Notes: generated by a model not told the origin, from the letters alone. DNA of 61,736 bases from Gemmatimonadota bacterium (GCA_036476995.1 JAZGCO010000084.1:1-61736), one strand, 5' to 3'. Positions 7,402 to 17,705 are shown, numbered from the stretch's first letter. A program made the numbers and translations.

Positions 7402-10068
7402 ATGAAAGCACACGAGATTCGGTCTCGGTTTGTTGAATACTTCGAGGCGAAGGGGCACCTCCACCTGCCGTCCAGCTCCCTCGTCCCCGAGGATGATCCG
7501 ACCCTGCTGTTTACGAATGCGGGAATGGTTCAGTTCAAGCGCAGCTTCACCGGGGAAACGGGGCCTCCGGCCCCTCGTGTAGTAACGTCACAAAAATGTC
7601 TACGGGTCAGCGGAAAGCACAATGATCTGGAAGAGGTTGGGAGGACCGCCCGCCACCACACGTTCTTCGAGATGCTGGGCAACTTCTCGTTCGGTGACTA
7701 CTTCAAGCGAGAGGCTATAGCGTACGCGTGGGAGTTTGCCACTGGCGAGCTGGGCCTGGACACAGGCCGACTTTGGGCCACCGTGCACCACTCGGATACC
7801 GAGGCGGCCCGCCTCTGGCTCGAGACTACAGAACTTCCTCCAAGTCGTGTACTGAAGCTGGGAGACAAGGACAACTTCTGGCAGATGGGCGATGTGGGAC
7901 CGTGTGGGCCTTGTTCTGAACTCCACTACGACATGCGTCCAGCCGGCGCGCCGGCGCGCCTCACCGAGGATGAATTCGTCGAGATAGGCGAGACCGACGC
8001 GTTCATGGAAATCTGGAATCTGGTCTTCATGCAGTTCGAGCGATCGGAGTCCGGCGACGACCCCCTTCCGGCCCCCTCGATCGATACCGGGGCTGGCCTC
8101 GAAAGAATAGCCGCGATCCTTCAAGGCACTAAAACAAATTACCACACCGATCTCTTTCTCCCGATCATCTCGGCTGCAGAAGAGATCATAGGGAGGCCCT
8201 ACTCCCAGGATCCGAGCGACTGGGAGGACGGACTCGCGTTTCGCGTAATGGCGGACCACGCAAGGGCCGCCGCGTTCATGATTTCCGACGGAGTTTTCCC
8301 CTCCAATGAAGGCCGAGGGTACGTACTGCGCCGGATTCTCCGCCGGGCCGGCCGTTACGCTTGGCTTCTTGGGCGCCGTGAGGCCACTCTCGATGTGCTG
8401 GTCGGCGTGGTGGCGGACATCATGAGTGATACGTATCCGGAGCTGGCCGCTCGCCGTAACCACTTGTTATCCACCACCCGGGCCGAAGAGGAACGCTTCC
8501 TCGCGACCATAGACGCCGGCATGCACCGTTTCGATGACATCGCGCCGGCCGGGTCCTCGGGAGTGATCGCTGGCGCAGAGGCGTTTCGTCTCTACGACAC
8601 GTTCGGCTTTCCGCTCGATTTGACCCAGCTCATGGCAGCAGAGCGTGGTTACGAGGTCGATGAAGCGGGATTCGAGATTGCACTTTCTGAGCAACGCGAA
8701 CGATCGAGAGAGGCCCGCGGAAGCGGCGGTTCGGGCCGGAAGGCGACCGCCGGCGCCGCGGCGCAAGTAGTGATAGACAGCGGCGCAGCTCAGGAGTTCA
8801 CAGGCTATGACCAGCTCACCGTAGATACGTCGGTTATCGGGTTTTCAAAGACGGACGACGGCCGGGCAGCATTCGCACTTGCCGACAACCCGTTCTATGC
8901 GGAGGCCGGAGGCCAGGTAAGCGATCGAGGTGAGATCCGGGCTGACGGTTGGGTGGTGGAGGTCGATACCGTGGTCAAGGATGCCGACGGGGTCACTCTC
9001 GTCGAAGGCCCGATTACAGCGGGCGACCTTGAGGCCCGCCCGGAACGCGTTATGGCGGCGGTGCCAGAGGATGTGCGCCGCGACACGGAGAGAAACCACA
9101 CGGCGACACATCTGCTACACGCAGCCTTGCGCGCCGAACTCGGCACGCACGTCCAGCAGGCTGGCTCGCTCGTGGCGCCGGACCGGCTCCGTTTCGATTT
9201 CCAACACCGCGGTCCGTTGAGTCCCGTGGAGCGAGAGGCCGTGGAGAGGTGGGTCAATCGGGCTGTTTGGGGCAACGAGCCCGTGGAAACTACCCATACC
9301 GACTACCGTGAGGCACTCGCGTCTGGAGCGATGGCACTGTTCGGCGAGAAATACGGCGACGTGGTACGAGTGGTGAGCGTGCCCGGTGTCAGCACGGAGC
9401 TGTGCGGCGGCTGCCACGTGCGTACGACAGGTCAGATTGCCCAGTTTCGTATCACCTCTGAGACGGGCGTGGCCGCCGGCGTGCGCCGAATCGAGGCCGT
9501 GACGGGCGAGCGAGCCTACGAGCGAGCTGTGTCGTCAGAGAGGAGGTTGGCCGAACTTGCGGACGCGCTTCGAACGACGCCGGATCAGCTCGGAGTCCGG
9601 CTGGGGTCGCTGATTTCTGAGAGAGATCGCCTGCAGGAGCAATTAGCCGAGAGACATGGCGAGGACTCGGCTGGCCTGGCGAGACGGGTCGTGTCCGGCG
9701 GCGATGATCTACCGGGGCCTGGCGGAACCATGGTGAGCGGTGAGGTGGAGTTATCCTCCGGAGCGGATCTTCGTGAATTCGGGGACCGGCTACGCGGCGA
9801 ACTTACGTCTGGAGCCGCCATCGTCCATGTCACAGTGCCTTCGGAAGGCCAGGCTGCGTTCCTGGCGGTGGCCACGGATGACTGGATCAGCCGGGGCCTG
9901 AAAGCCGGCGACCTGGTGCGCATTGCGAGCAAGGCCACCGGTTCTGGCGGCGGGGGCAAACCCCACCTTGCCCAGGGCGGGGTTGGTGATCCAGAACGGG
10001 TGGCCGAGGCGCTCCAGGGTGCGCGGGAACACGCGTTCGAGGTGGCTACGGAAGCGGGCGCCAAGTGA
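7402..10068 (+). CDS. alaS: Alanine--tRNA ligase
   Basis: DPTLLFTNAGM, HHTFFEMLGNFSFGDYFK, editing motifs HTATH and ELCGGCH, and C-terminal GGGG. Confidence 0.99.
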   Translation: MKAHEIRSRFVEYFEAKGHLHLPSSSLVPEDDPTLLFTNAGMVQFKRSFTGETGPPAPRVVTSQKCLRVSGKHNDLEEVGRTARHHTFFEMLGNFSFGDYFKREAIAYAWEFATGELGLDTGRLWATVHHSDTEAARLWLETTELPPSRVLKLGDKDNFWQMGDVGPCGPCSELHYDMRPAGAPARLTEDEFVEIGETDAFMEIWNLVFMQFERSESGDDPLPAPSIDTGAGLERIAAILQGTKTNYHTDLFLPIISAAEEIIGRPYSQDPSDWEDGLAFRVMADHARAAAFMISDGVFPSNEGRGYVLRRILRRAGRYAWLLGRREATLDVLVGVVADIMSDTYPELAARRNHLLSTTRAEEERFLATIDAGMHRFDDIAPAGSSGVIAGAEAFRLYDTFGFPLDLTQLMAAERGYEVDEAGFEIALSEQRERSREARGSGGSGRKATAGAAAQVVIDSGAAQEFTGYDQLTVDTSVIGFSKTDDGRAAFALADNPFYAEAGGQVSDRGEIRADGWVVEVDTVVKDADGVTLVEGPITAGDLEARPERVMAAVPEDVRRDTERNHTATHLLHAALRAELGTHVQQAGSLVAPDRLRFDFQHRGPLSPVEREAVERWVNRAVWGNEPVETTHTDYREALASGAMALFGEKYGDVVRVVSVPGVSTELCGGCHVRTTGQIAQFRITSETGVAAGVRRIEAVTGERAYERAVSSERRLAELADALRTTPDQLGVRLGSLISERDRLQEQLAERHGEDSAGLARRVVSGGDDLPGPGGTMVSGEVELSSGADLREFGDRLRGELTSGAAIVHVTVPSEGQAAFLAVATDDWISRGLKAGDLVRIASKATGSGGGGKPHLAQGGVGDPERVAEALQGAREHAFEVATEAGAK

Positions 10069-10457
10069 GGCGCGATTCGACCGCTTCGAAGCCGGATTCT
10101 TCGGCGGAAGCGACGCTGCGGTGGCTCGAACCCCGGCTTGAGAACGTTCCACCTGAGTTGTCGGCAGAAATCGAGCGCTGGGTACGCTCCGCGGCGCCCA
10201 ACGTACTGGCTCACGACATCGTGACGGAAACGCTGGCTGCAAGTGCGCTAGCGGCTCTGGACCGGGTCCTCGCGGCACCGCAGACGCGCGATAGCGCGGG
10301 GCAGCTGCTGGCGGCGGACGCATGTTTGACCTACGCGTTCGAGTCTGCGGCCGACCAGCGCGGCGACCTGTCCGGCCTGGCTGAGCGCCTGGGTCTCCAA
10401 GGAGAACTCGGTGCGCGCCTGCGGGCGGCGCTGGCTGACGACTCCGGGCCTGCGTGA
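10065..10457 (+). CDS. Hypothetical helical protein
   Basis: 4-bp overlaps with alaS and the next gene indicate translational coupling. Ala/Leu-rich, with LLAADACLTYAFE. Confidence 0.7.
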   Translation: MRRDSTASKPDSSAEATLRWLEPRLENVPPELSAEIERWVRSAAPNVLAHDIVTETLAASALAALDRVLAAPQTRDSAGQLLAADACLTYAFESAADQRGDLSGLAERLGLQGELGARLRAALADDSGPA

Positions 10458-11254
10458 ACACGTTTCCGCTCGTCGACATCCACTGCCACTTCGTGCCGGG
10501 AGTCGATGACGGGGCGCGCACGCTGGAAGACGCGCTCTCGTACCTCAGTGGGTTCGTGGAAAGAGGTATCGAGCGTGTCGTGACGACGCCGCATCTCGAT
10601 GCCCGAGGCGTTGCCGGCCGTCGCCGCCAAGCGATCGACGAGGCGTATGAAGAGCTGGAGAGCGCGGCCCGGGACCACGTTCCCGGGCTGCGACTGGGGG
10701 GTTCGTTCGAGCTTCGGTTGGAGGACCCGGACATTGATCTGGCGGATCCACGCCTCGGGCTTGGAACCGGCGGACATCTCCTGGTCGAGTTTCCGATGCT
10801 TCTTCTCCCGGCATACCCCGATCGCATACTGGATGTGGTCCACGCACAGGGCTGGATTCCTGTTCTGGCGCATCCTGAGCGATATGCCGGAATCGAGCAG
10901 GGATACGCCTGGATTCCACGCTGGCGCGACGCCGGGGCAGTCATGTGCGTCAACGCCGGTAGCCTCTGGGGCGTGTACGGTTCCGAGGCTGAGCGGGTAT
11001 CGCGGCGCATGCTGGCCGACGGGCAGGTGGACGTCATCGCTTCCGACCATCATTCGCGGCCCGGCCGGTCCGTGGACCTAGCGGATGGGCTCGCTTTTCT
11101 CCAGGCGGCCGGGTGTGGAGAACAGGCCCGCCTTTTGATGTCCAGCAATCCGACCGCCGTACTGGACGGGGGATCGCTCACTGCGGTGCCGGGCTGCGAC
11201 CTGCGGAGCGGCTGGAAGAGCCGTCTGCGTTCCATGCTGAGAGGGCGACCGTGA
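10454..11254 (+). CDS. CpsB/CapC/YwqE-type PHP protein-tyrosine phosphatase
   Basis: DIHCH-x-x-PGVDDG, TPH, LVEF, LAHPERY and ASDHH motifs. Confidence 0.9.
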   Translation: MNTFPLVDIHCHFVPGVDDGARTLEDALSYLSGFVERGIERVVTTPHLDARGVAGRRRQAIDEAYEELESAARDHVPGLRLGGSFELRLEDPDIDLADPRLGLGTGGHLLVEFPMLLLPAYPDRILDVVHAQGWIPVLAHPERYAGIEQGYAWIPRWRDAGAVMCVNAGSLWGVYGSEAERVSRRMLADGQVDVIASDHHSRPGRSVDLADGLAFLQAAGCGEQARLLMSSNPTAVLDGGSLTAVPGCDLRSGWKSRLRSMLRGRP

Positions 11255-12648
11255 GCGAGTCCTCACGGGAGCACAGGCTGCTGGGCCTCGTTCCGCCTGT
11301 TTTCGTTCGGGAGCTGGCGCAGCGGCTGGAAGATGCCGGCTATGAGGTGTGGGCCGTTGGGGGAGTCATCAGAAAGGCGCTGGCCGGCGGGGACCCAGGC
11401 GCCGTCGGCACTGGCCAGCCTGATCGCTCCGACTGGGATCTTGCCACGAGCGCCAAACCGGAAGAAGTACAGGGCCTGTTCCGGCGTACCGTCCCGATCG
11501 GTGTGGATCACGGCACCGTTGGTGTTCTCGGCTCTGACGAAGTGATGTACGAGGTGACCACTTTCCGCCGGGATGTCCAGACGGACGGACGGCACGCGGT
11601 AGTCGAGTTCACCGATTCGATCGATGAGGACTTGTCGCGGCGTGACTTCACCATCAATGCCATCGCGTGGCGGATCATTGGCGGCGCCCTGCTGGATCCG
11701 CACGGCGGCGAAGAGGATCTGCGCCGCGGACTTCTACGCGCTGTGGGCGACCCGGAGCAGCGATTTGCCGAGGACTATCTCCGGGTTCTGCGGGGAATAC
11801 GATTTGCCGGGACTCTAGCCCTGGAAGTCGAACCGGAAACGGAACATGCCCTTCGGGATGCGGTCCCGCACCTGGATCGGCTGTCGGCTGAGCGCGTCCG
11901 GGACGAGCTTCTCAAGACGCTGGCAGCGGACCAGCCGTCCGCTACGCTGCGGATGTATGGCGAGGTCGGAGTCTTCGAGGTGTGGTATCCCGAACTCTCA
12001 GGCGCTGCGCTCCAGGAGTCGTGGCCACCGCTCCTGGCCTCCATCGACCGGCTGCGGCCGGCGCGCACGCTGCTCCGAGTAGCACGGCTCTGCATGGCGG
12101 AGACGGCAGAGGCGGAGTCGCTTCCGGACCGGGCTGAACGCCTGTTGGACCGGCTCAGGTTCTCGAACGCGGATGTTCGCCGGGTGAGCGATCTGGTCAG
12201 GCATTTCTCTTCAATGCCGGCCCCGTTGGATTCGGACGCGGCCCTGCGCGAATGGCTGGCGGAAGCCACCGGAAGCACGTGGAGGGACGCGGTACGAATT
12301 CGGGCTGCGGAGGCTCGCGTACGCGGGTCTGAAGAACACCAGCGCTCCCTGGCTTTCGTGTGGAGGCGTCTGCACGGGCAGGTTCTGAGTCGTGCACCCT
12401 TGCTTCTCTCCGATCTGCAGATAGGAGGTGCGGATCTGATGGCGCTGGGGGTTCAGGAGGGGCCAGCCGTAGGGTTGCTGCTCGAAGAGTTGCATAGCGA
12501 GGTGCTGGAGGAACCGGAGTTGAATGACCGGGAACGCCTGCTCGGCTTGGCCCGGGAACTCATGAACATGGCGGACCTCGGATCTCCGGCGGACGCGCCG
12601 GCTCGACCGCAGACACCAGCTCCACCGGATGGGCCGGACGGACCGTGA
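11251..12648 (+). CDS. cca: Class II tRNA nucleotidyltransferase (CCA-adding enzyme)
   Basis: DWDLAT, HGTV, EVTTFR, RRDFTINA, EDYLRVLRGIRF and SAERVRDEL motifs. The GTG start overlaps the upstream stop. Confidence 0.88.
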   Translation: MSESSREHRLLGLVPPVFVRELAQRLEDAGYEVWAVGGVIRKALAGGDPGAVGTGQPDRSDWDLATSAKPEEVQGLFRRTVPIGVDHGTVGVLGSDEVMYEVTTFRRDVQTDGRHAVVEFTDSIDEDLSRRDFTINAIAWRIIGGALLDPHGGEEDLRRGLLRAVGDPEQRFAEDYLRVLRGIRFAGTLALEVEPETEHALRDAVPHLDRLSAERVRDELLKTLAADQPSATLRMYGEVGVFEVWYPELSGAALQESWPPLLASIDRLRPARTLLRVARLCMAETAEAESLPDRAERLLDRLRFSNADVRRVSDLVRHFSSMPAPLDSDAALREWLAEATGSTWRDAVRIRAAEARVRGSEEHQRSLAFVWRRLHGQVLSRAPLLLSDLQIGGADLMALGVQEGPAVGLLLEELHSEVLEEPELNDRERLLGLARELMNMADLGSPADAPARPQTPAPPDGPDGP

Positions 12649-13937
12649 TTGAAGTCTCGCCGGTCGTGGAGCGCGCCATCCTGGTCGCCGCACCGCCATC
12701 CAACGAGCCGCAGGCTCTGGTGGATGAGCATCTCGAGGAGCTGGAGCGACTCGTGGACACCGCCGGGGCTGAGGTCAGCGGGATGCTGGTGCAGCGTGTG
12801 ACGTCGCCGCACTCGGCCTTCTACATCGGAAGCGGCAAGGTGGACCAACTCAGATTGCTGGCCGAGTCCAACGAGGCCACGCTGATCGTTTTTGACGAAG
12901 ATCTGACACCCGCGCAGGGCTCGGCGTTGGAGAAGCGACTCGGAATTCGGGTCATGGATCGGACCGAAGTGATCCTGGATATTTTTGCTCTACGCGCCCG
13001 GACGGCGGAAAGTCGAGTTCAGGTAGAATTGGCGCAGCTCCAGTACCTGCGGACGCGGCTCAAGCGCATGTGGACCCACCTCTCGCGGACGCAGGGGGGA
13101 ATCGGGATGCGCGGTCCCGGCGAGACGCAGCTCGAGACGGACCGCCGCATCATCGACAGGCGGATTGCTCGCCTGCGCCGTGAGCTGAAACACATCCAAA
13201 AGTCACGGGAAACCCGCCGCCAGGGCCGGGGTGACTCGTTGCAGCTCACTCTGGTCGGATATACGAACGCGGGCAAATCGTCTCTGCTAAAGGCTCTTTC
13301 CGGTACGGATGTATTTGTGGAGGATCGGCTGTTCGCCACGCTGGACTCAGCCACCCGGTCGGTGACCCTCGGGGATGGATACGCGGCACTAATCACCGAT
13401 ACGGTTGGATTCATCCGTAAGCTGCCGCATCACCTCGTGGCCTCATTCCGGGCGACCCTGGAAGAGGTCCAGAGGGCCGACCTGCTGCTTCACGTAATCG
13501 ACAGCTCCAGTCCCAGCTGGGAGCACCAGGTCGATGCCGTGAACGAGGTACTGGCCAGTCTGGAGTCGCTGGATCGGCCGACGCTTCTCGTTTTCAACAA
13601 GGTGGACCAACTCACGCACGTGGAGGAGAAGGCACTCTCTGCACGAGCCGAAGGCATGTCCGAGCCCAGCGTTCTTACCTCGGTCCGGGAGCCGGGCGGT
13701 CTGGACACTCTCGTCGCGGCCCTGTGCGACAAAGCTCGGGCGCAGCGACCCACGGTCATCGTGACTCTACCCGTCACGGACGGTCGGCTCCTGGCCGAAG
13801 CCTATCGCGAGAGCGAGGTTTTGGAACGGCTCGACGGCGCAGCGACCATTCAGATTACGGTCCGTGTGCCCTTGGCTGTACTGGGCCGCTGGCGCCGTCA
13901 CCCCAACATCCGTATCGTCGAGCAGGATGCGGCCTAG
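12645..13937 (+). CDS. hflX: Ribosome-splitting GTPase HflX
   Basis: GPGETQLETDRR, VGYTNAGKS, LFATLD, DTVGFI and NKVD motifs. Confidence 0.97.
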   Translation: MIEVSPVVERAILVAAPPSNEPQALVDEHLEELERLVDTAGAEVSGMLVQRVTSPHSAFYIGSGKVDQLRLLAESNEATLIVFDEDLTPAQGSALEKRLGIRVMDRTEVILDIFALRARTAESRVQVELAQLQYLRTRLKRMWTHLSRTQGGIGMRGPGETQLETDRRIIDRRIARLRRELKHIQKSRETRRQGRGDSLQLTLVGYTNAGKSSLLKALSGTDVFVEDRLFATLDSATRSVTLGDGYAALITDTVGFIRKLPHHLVASFRATLEEVQRADLLLHVIDSSSPSWEHQVDAVNEVLASLESLDRPTLLVFNKVDQLTHVEEKALSARAEGMSEPSVLTSVREPGGLDTLVAALCDKARAQRPTVIVTLPVTDGRLLAEAYRESEVLERLDGAATIQITVRVPLAVLGRWRRHPNIRIVEQDAA

Positions 13938-14832
13938 GGCGCGCAGGGCGGATACTCTGGCGATCGTCGGCCCCGGCCGGCTAGGCTCGTCTCTGGCTGC
14001 GGATCTCGCCCGCGCCGGACCATTTTCCGACGTGGTGCTGGTCGGGCGCCAGGAGCGGCCCCCGAACGCGATCGCGGATCTGCTGGCCTCGGCGGGTGAG
14101 GCCCTGACCTACTCGGTTCAGCCACCCGAGGCACCGGCGTGCATCGTGTTCTGCGTGCAGGATGATGATCTGGTCCCCACGGCAGCATGGTGGGCCCGCA
14201 CGCTGGCATCACGCGCCGAGCGCGAGTCGTCTGGAGTCGCGCTGCATGTCAGCGGCGTTCATGACCACACGGCCCTGTGCGATCTGGCCGGCCTCGGCTG
14301 GTCGACAGGCTCATGGCACCCCCTGATGGCGCTCGCACGCGCCGGGCAGGGCCAGCTATCCGGCGTGACCTTCGGCATAGAAGGAGATCCCGCGGCCGTA
14401 GAAGTCGCCGCCGAATTGACACAGCGGGTGGGCGGGGAAGTGCTTCACATCCTCCCGGGGCGGAAGGCATCGTACCATGCGGCTGCTGTGTTCGCGTCGA
14501 ACTATCTGGTGGCCTGCCTGCACGCCGCGCAGCAAGAACTGGCGGCTGCCAGTGATGGGGCGGAGTTTGGGGCTCTGCTGTCGCTAGCCCGGTCGGCCAT
14601 AGACCGCGTCGAGCGACATGGACTGGAAGGAGGCGCTACGGGTCCGCTCACCCGCGGCGACACCGGCACAATCCGGGCCCACATCGCCGCTCTCGACCCC
14701 GCTAGAGGCAGACTGTATCGTGCCCTCGGAATCGAGCTCCTGGCGGCCATCGATGATCGCCTCGAGCCTGACAAAGTGCTCGAGCTTCGTATGCTGCTGG
14801 ATGAGTTGCCACCCTCTGAGCAGGCACACTGA
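13927..14832 (+). CDS. Rossmann-like plus DUF2520 oxidoreductase-like protein
   Basis: IVGPGRLG, HVSG, SWHPL, YHAAAVFASN and TGPLTRGD motifs. Confidence 0.85.
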   Translation: MRPRARRADTLAIVGPGRLGSSLAADLARAGPFSDVVLVGRQERPPNAIADLLASAGEALTYSVQPPEAPACIVFCVQDDDLVPTAAWWARTLASRAERESSGVALHVSGVHDHTALCDLAGLGWSTGSWHPLMALARAGQGQLSGVTFGIEGDPAAVEVAAELTQRVGGEVLHILPGRKASYHAAAVFASNYLVACLHAAQQELAAASDGAEFGALLSLARSAIDRVERHGLEGGATGPLTRGDTGTIRAHIAALDPARGRLYRALGIELLAAIDDRLEPDKVLELRMLLDELPPSEQAH

Positions 14833-15560
14833 TGCGGCTGTTCGTCAATGTTGACCATGTGGCCACTGTGCGTGAGGCTCGGCGGACCGTCGAGCCGGAT
14901 CCCACCGAGGCTGCCGTCCTGGCCGAGGAGGGAGGGGCTGACGGAATCACAGTCCACCTGCGCGAGGACAGGCGTCACATTCAGGATCACGATGTGGAGC
15001 GTCTCCTCAGGATTGCGCGCGGCGCGGTCAATCTCGAAGTGGCGGCCGAGGAGACTGTCCTGTCGATAGCGGAACGGCTTCGTCCGGCACAGGTCACACT
15101 CGTGCCGGAAAAGAGGCAGGAGATTACGACGGAGGGTGGGCTCGACCTCGGCCCCGCGAGTCGCGGCCGTGTGCGTGGTGCGGTAACGCGGCTGCGCGCG
15201 GCGGGCATCAGGACCTCGCTGTTCGTCGATCCGGTTCCCGAAGTGATCGCGGCGTGTGCCGACCTGGAAGCCGATGCGGTCGAGCTACACACGGGTGAGT
15301 ACTCGAACGCCGACGAGTCCGAGAGAGACGGGCAGCTGACCCGGCTGGCCAGCAGCGCGGAACTGGCGGCTCAGCTCGGGCTAGCTGTGCACGCCGGACA
15401 CGGACTCACCTATGAGAACGTGGGTCCGGTAGCCGCCATCGAGGTGTGCGAAGAGCTGAATATCGGGCATTCCATTGTGAGCAGGGCCATTTTCGTAGGA
15501 ATCGCGAAGGCGGTCGAGGAGATGCGCCACGCCATCGACACGGCCCGTGCCGAAGGGTGA
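14832..15560 (+). CDS. pdxJ: Pyridoxine 5'-phosphate synthase
   Basis: VNVDHVATVREAR, ITVHLREDRRHI, TTEGG, ELHTG, AGHGL and ELNIGH motifs. Confidence 0.97.
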   Translation: MRLFVNVDHVATVREARRTVEPDPTEAAVLAEEGGADGITVHLREDRRHIQDHDVERLLRIARGAVNLEVAAEETVLSIAERLRPAQVTLVPEKRQEITTEGGLDLGPASRGRVRGAVTRLRAAGIRTSLFVDPVPEVIAACADLEADAVELHTGEYSNADESERDGQLTRLASSAELAAQLGLAVHAGHGLTYENVGPVAAIEVCEELNIGHSIVSRAIFVGIAKAVEEMRHAIDTARAEG

Positions 15561-16630
15561 GCCGCCGCCGCGTTGTCACCGTTGTCGGAGCCGGTCTGAC
15601 TGTCGCGCTCCTGTGGTGGACCCTGCGCGATGTGTCCGCCAGCGAGGTCCTGGCCGAGATCAGCACAGCCGAGCCACTCCTGCTGTTGGCCGCGGTGGCG
15701 GTTGCCACCTTTAGCTTTGTACTTCGGGCGCTGCGTTGGCACGTTCTTCTGCTACCGCGTTTCGATCAGACCTCCTTCGGCTCCCGGTTCGGCGCGACCT
15801 GCGTCGGGTTCATGGCGAACAATCTCCTGCCGGCCCGAATCGGCGAATTTGCCCGAGCTGCGACCTTGACGAGGGCAGAGCGGGTGCCGCTCGCGGCGTC
15901 CCTGGCGTCGCTGGTTGTTGAGCGCATCTTTGACGGTGTCATCCTGGCGGTGATGCTGTTCGGAACCATGGTCTTGCCGGGTTTCCCGGGCATCAGCGAG
16001 AGCGGCGCGGCCGTGCAGCGGACGGCGACGGTTGCCGCTGCGCTCTTCGGCGCGGGCATGCTCGTCCTGTGGGCCATGGTCCATCAGCCTGGCCCAGCGC
16101 TAAAAGCTTTCGAGCATAGCGTAGGCCGGCTGCTTCCGACCCATCTGACCGACAGGGCCATCTCCGCGTTAGCCTCTTTCATCGAGGGGCTCGGAGCGCT
16201 GCACCGGCCGGGAGTGTTCTTGGCCGCCCTCGGCTGGACCGTCGCGGTCTGGATCTGCCTGGCCTCCTCGCTCTGGCTCGGCCTCCTGGCTTTTGGCATC
16301 GACGGTCCCGGACTGGCCGGTTCGATGTTCTTGCAGGCTGTTATCGCCTTCGCGGTTGCCCTGCCGTCCACGCCGGGATTCTTCGGACTGTTCGAGGCAG
16401 CAGCGCGGGTCGGTCTGACTGTGTATGGGGTCTCTGCCACGCAGATTGTCTCGTTCGCGACCAGCTACCACATACTGACCTTTGTGCCTGTCACGATCCT
16501 CGGCCTTGTGTACGTTCGATCGTTTGGCTTGAGCTGGTCGGACTTGCGAAGGGGCGACGAGCTCGTTGAAGCTAGCATCAGTCCGGGCGGTCAGGAGAGC
16601 GAGGCGAACCCAGGCGACCCGGACAGATGA
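15557..16630 (+). CDS. Lysylphosphatidylglycerol-synthase TM domain (UPF0104, flippase-like) membrane protein
   Basis: RALRW, NNLLPARIGE, VERIFD and PSTPGFFG motifs, with multiple TM helices. Confidence 0.85.
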   Translation: MSRRRVVTVVGAGLTVALLWWTLRDVSASEVLAEISTAEPLLLLAAVAVATFSFVLRALRWHVLLLPRFDQTSFGSRFGATCVGFMANNLLPARIGEFARAATLTRAERVPLAASLASLVVERIFDGVILAVMLFGTMVLPGFPGISESGAAVQRTATVAAALFGAGMLVLWAMVHQPGPALKAFEHSVGRLLPTHLTDRAISALASFIEGLGALHRPGVFLAALGWTVAVWICLASSLWLGLLAFGIDGPGLAGSMFLQAVIAFAVALPSTPGFFGLFEAAARVGLTVYGVSATQIVSFATSYHILTFVPVTILGLVYVRSFGLSWSDLRRGDELVEASISPGGQESEANPGDPDR

Positions 16631-17541
16631 ACAGGGGCCAGCCAGCCATACACTATGCTCCGGCCAAGGTGAACCTTTGGCTGAGCGTGGGTCAGAGACG
16701 GGCCGATGGGTACCACTCGGTGGACACCGTCTTTCTTGCTCTGGGGCTGGCGGACGAGATCAGTCTCTCACCCGCGAATCAGCCCGGCCTACAGGTGGAT
16801 GGGGATGCGAGTGTCCCGGCTGGTGAGGACAATCTGTGCTGGCGCGTCCAGGAACTATTCGCTGAGAACGTCCCCGCGGCACGCGGCCGCCCTCAGCGCA
16901 TTCACCTCCGTAAGCGGATCCCGGCTGGGGCGGGCCTCGGCGGCGGCAGCGCTGATGCGGCGGCCGTACTGTCGGCACTGAACGAGGCGTTTGGAACCCC
17001 GCTCAGCCCTGCGCGACTCAGGAAGCTGGGCGCCGAACTGGGCAGCGATGTGCCCTTCTTCCTGTCGGGAAGCCCGATGGCAATCGGCTCAGACCGGGGT
17101 CAGGATGTGGTGGCGCTCCCGGCCCCTCCGGTCCGCCCGGTACTCATCCTCGTGCCGAACTTCGGCATCTCGACCGCTCAGGCCTACGGTTGGCTCGACC
17201 AGGACCGCGGGCCGGAGCCGATCCTGCGCGCCTCATCTGACTGGGCCCCGGACGAGAGAGCTGTTCTCTCCGGCTGGGAGGGCATCAAGGCTCTCGCCGC
17301 AAACGACTTCGAGGCACCCGTTTTTAGGCGCTTCCCGGTTCTGGAAGCCGGAAAGAGCGGGCTGCTCGAGGCAGGCGCGACGGTGGCCCTGCTGTGCGGG
17401 AGTGGTTCGTGCCTGTTCGGAGTGTTCGAGAGTTCTGACGACAGAGATCGGGCAGCGCTAGTTATGGCAGCCGAAACACCCACCGAGTCCACGTTCCGCC
17501 CCATCGCGACCCACACCATGGAGCCGTCTCAGGGCTGTTGA
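16627..17541 (+). CDS. ispE: 4-diphosphocytidyl-2-C-methyl-D-erythritol kinase
   Basis: APAKVNL, DGYH, KRIPAGAGLGGGSADAA, GSDVPFF, NDFE and GSGS motifs. Confidence 0.95.
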   Translation: MNRGQPAIHYAPAKVNLWLSVGQRRADGYHSVDTVFLALGLADEISLSPANQPGLQVDGDASVPAGEDNLCWRVQELFAENVPAARGRPQRIHLRKRIPAGAGLGGGSADAAAVLSALNEAFGTPLSPARLRKLGAELGSDVPFFLSGSPMAIGSDRGQDVVALPAPPVRPVLILVPNFGISTAQAYGWLDQDRGPEPILRASSDWAPDERAVLSGWEGIKALAANDFEAPVFRRFPVLEAGKSGLLEAGATVALLCGSGSCLFGVFESSDDRDRAALVMAAETPTESTFRPIATHTMEPSQGC

Positions 17542-17587
17542 CGCTGCGCGCGCCTGGCCGGCATCTTCGGGCTTGCAGCGAGCTTTC

Positions 17588-17658
17588 TGGCCCCTCGTCT
17601 AATGGCAAGACCTCGGCCTTTGGAGCCGGTAATCCAGGTTCGAATCCTGGGGGGCCAA
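17588..17658 (+). tRNA. tRNA-Gln(TTG); the CCA end is not encoded
   Basis: Acceptor stem TGGCCCC/GGGGCCA, D-loop TAATGG, anticodon loop CTTTGGA (TTG at 17620-17622), T-arm CCAGG-TTCGAAT-CCTGG. Sits in the classical position after ispE. Confidence 0.97.
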
Positions 17659-17705
17659 TCGTCTACCCGTTTTCCCGCGACCCCTAATCTCAAATGAGGT
17701 AGGCG

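Noticed and set aside
9585-11053. Long antisense or alternate-frame ORFs (for example 9790-11037, 42833-43789, 57632-58621)
   Set aside because: They are shadow ORFs expected at high GC: Arg/Pro/Ser-rich, without motifs, and overlapping well-supported genes.
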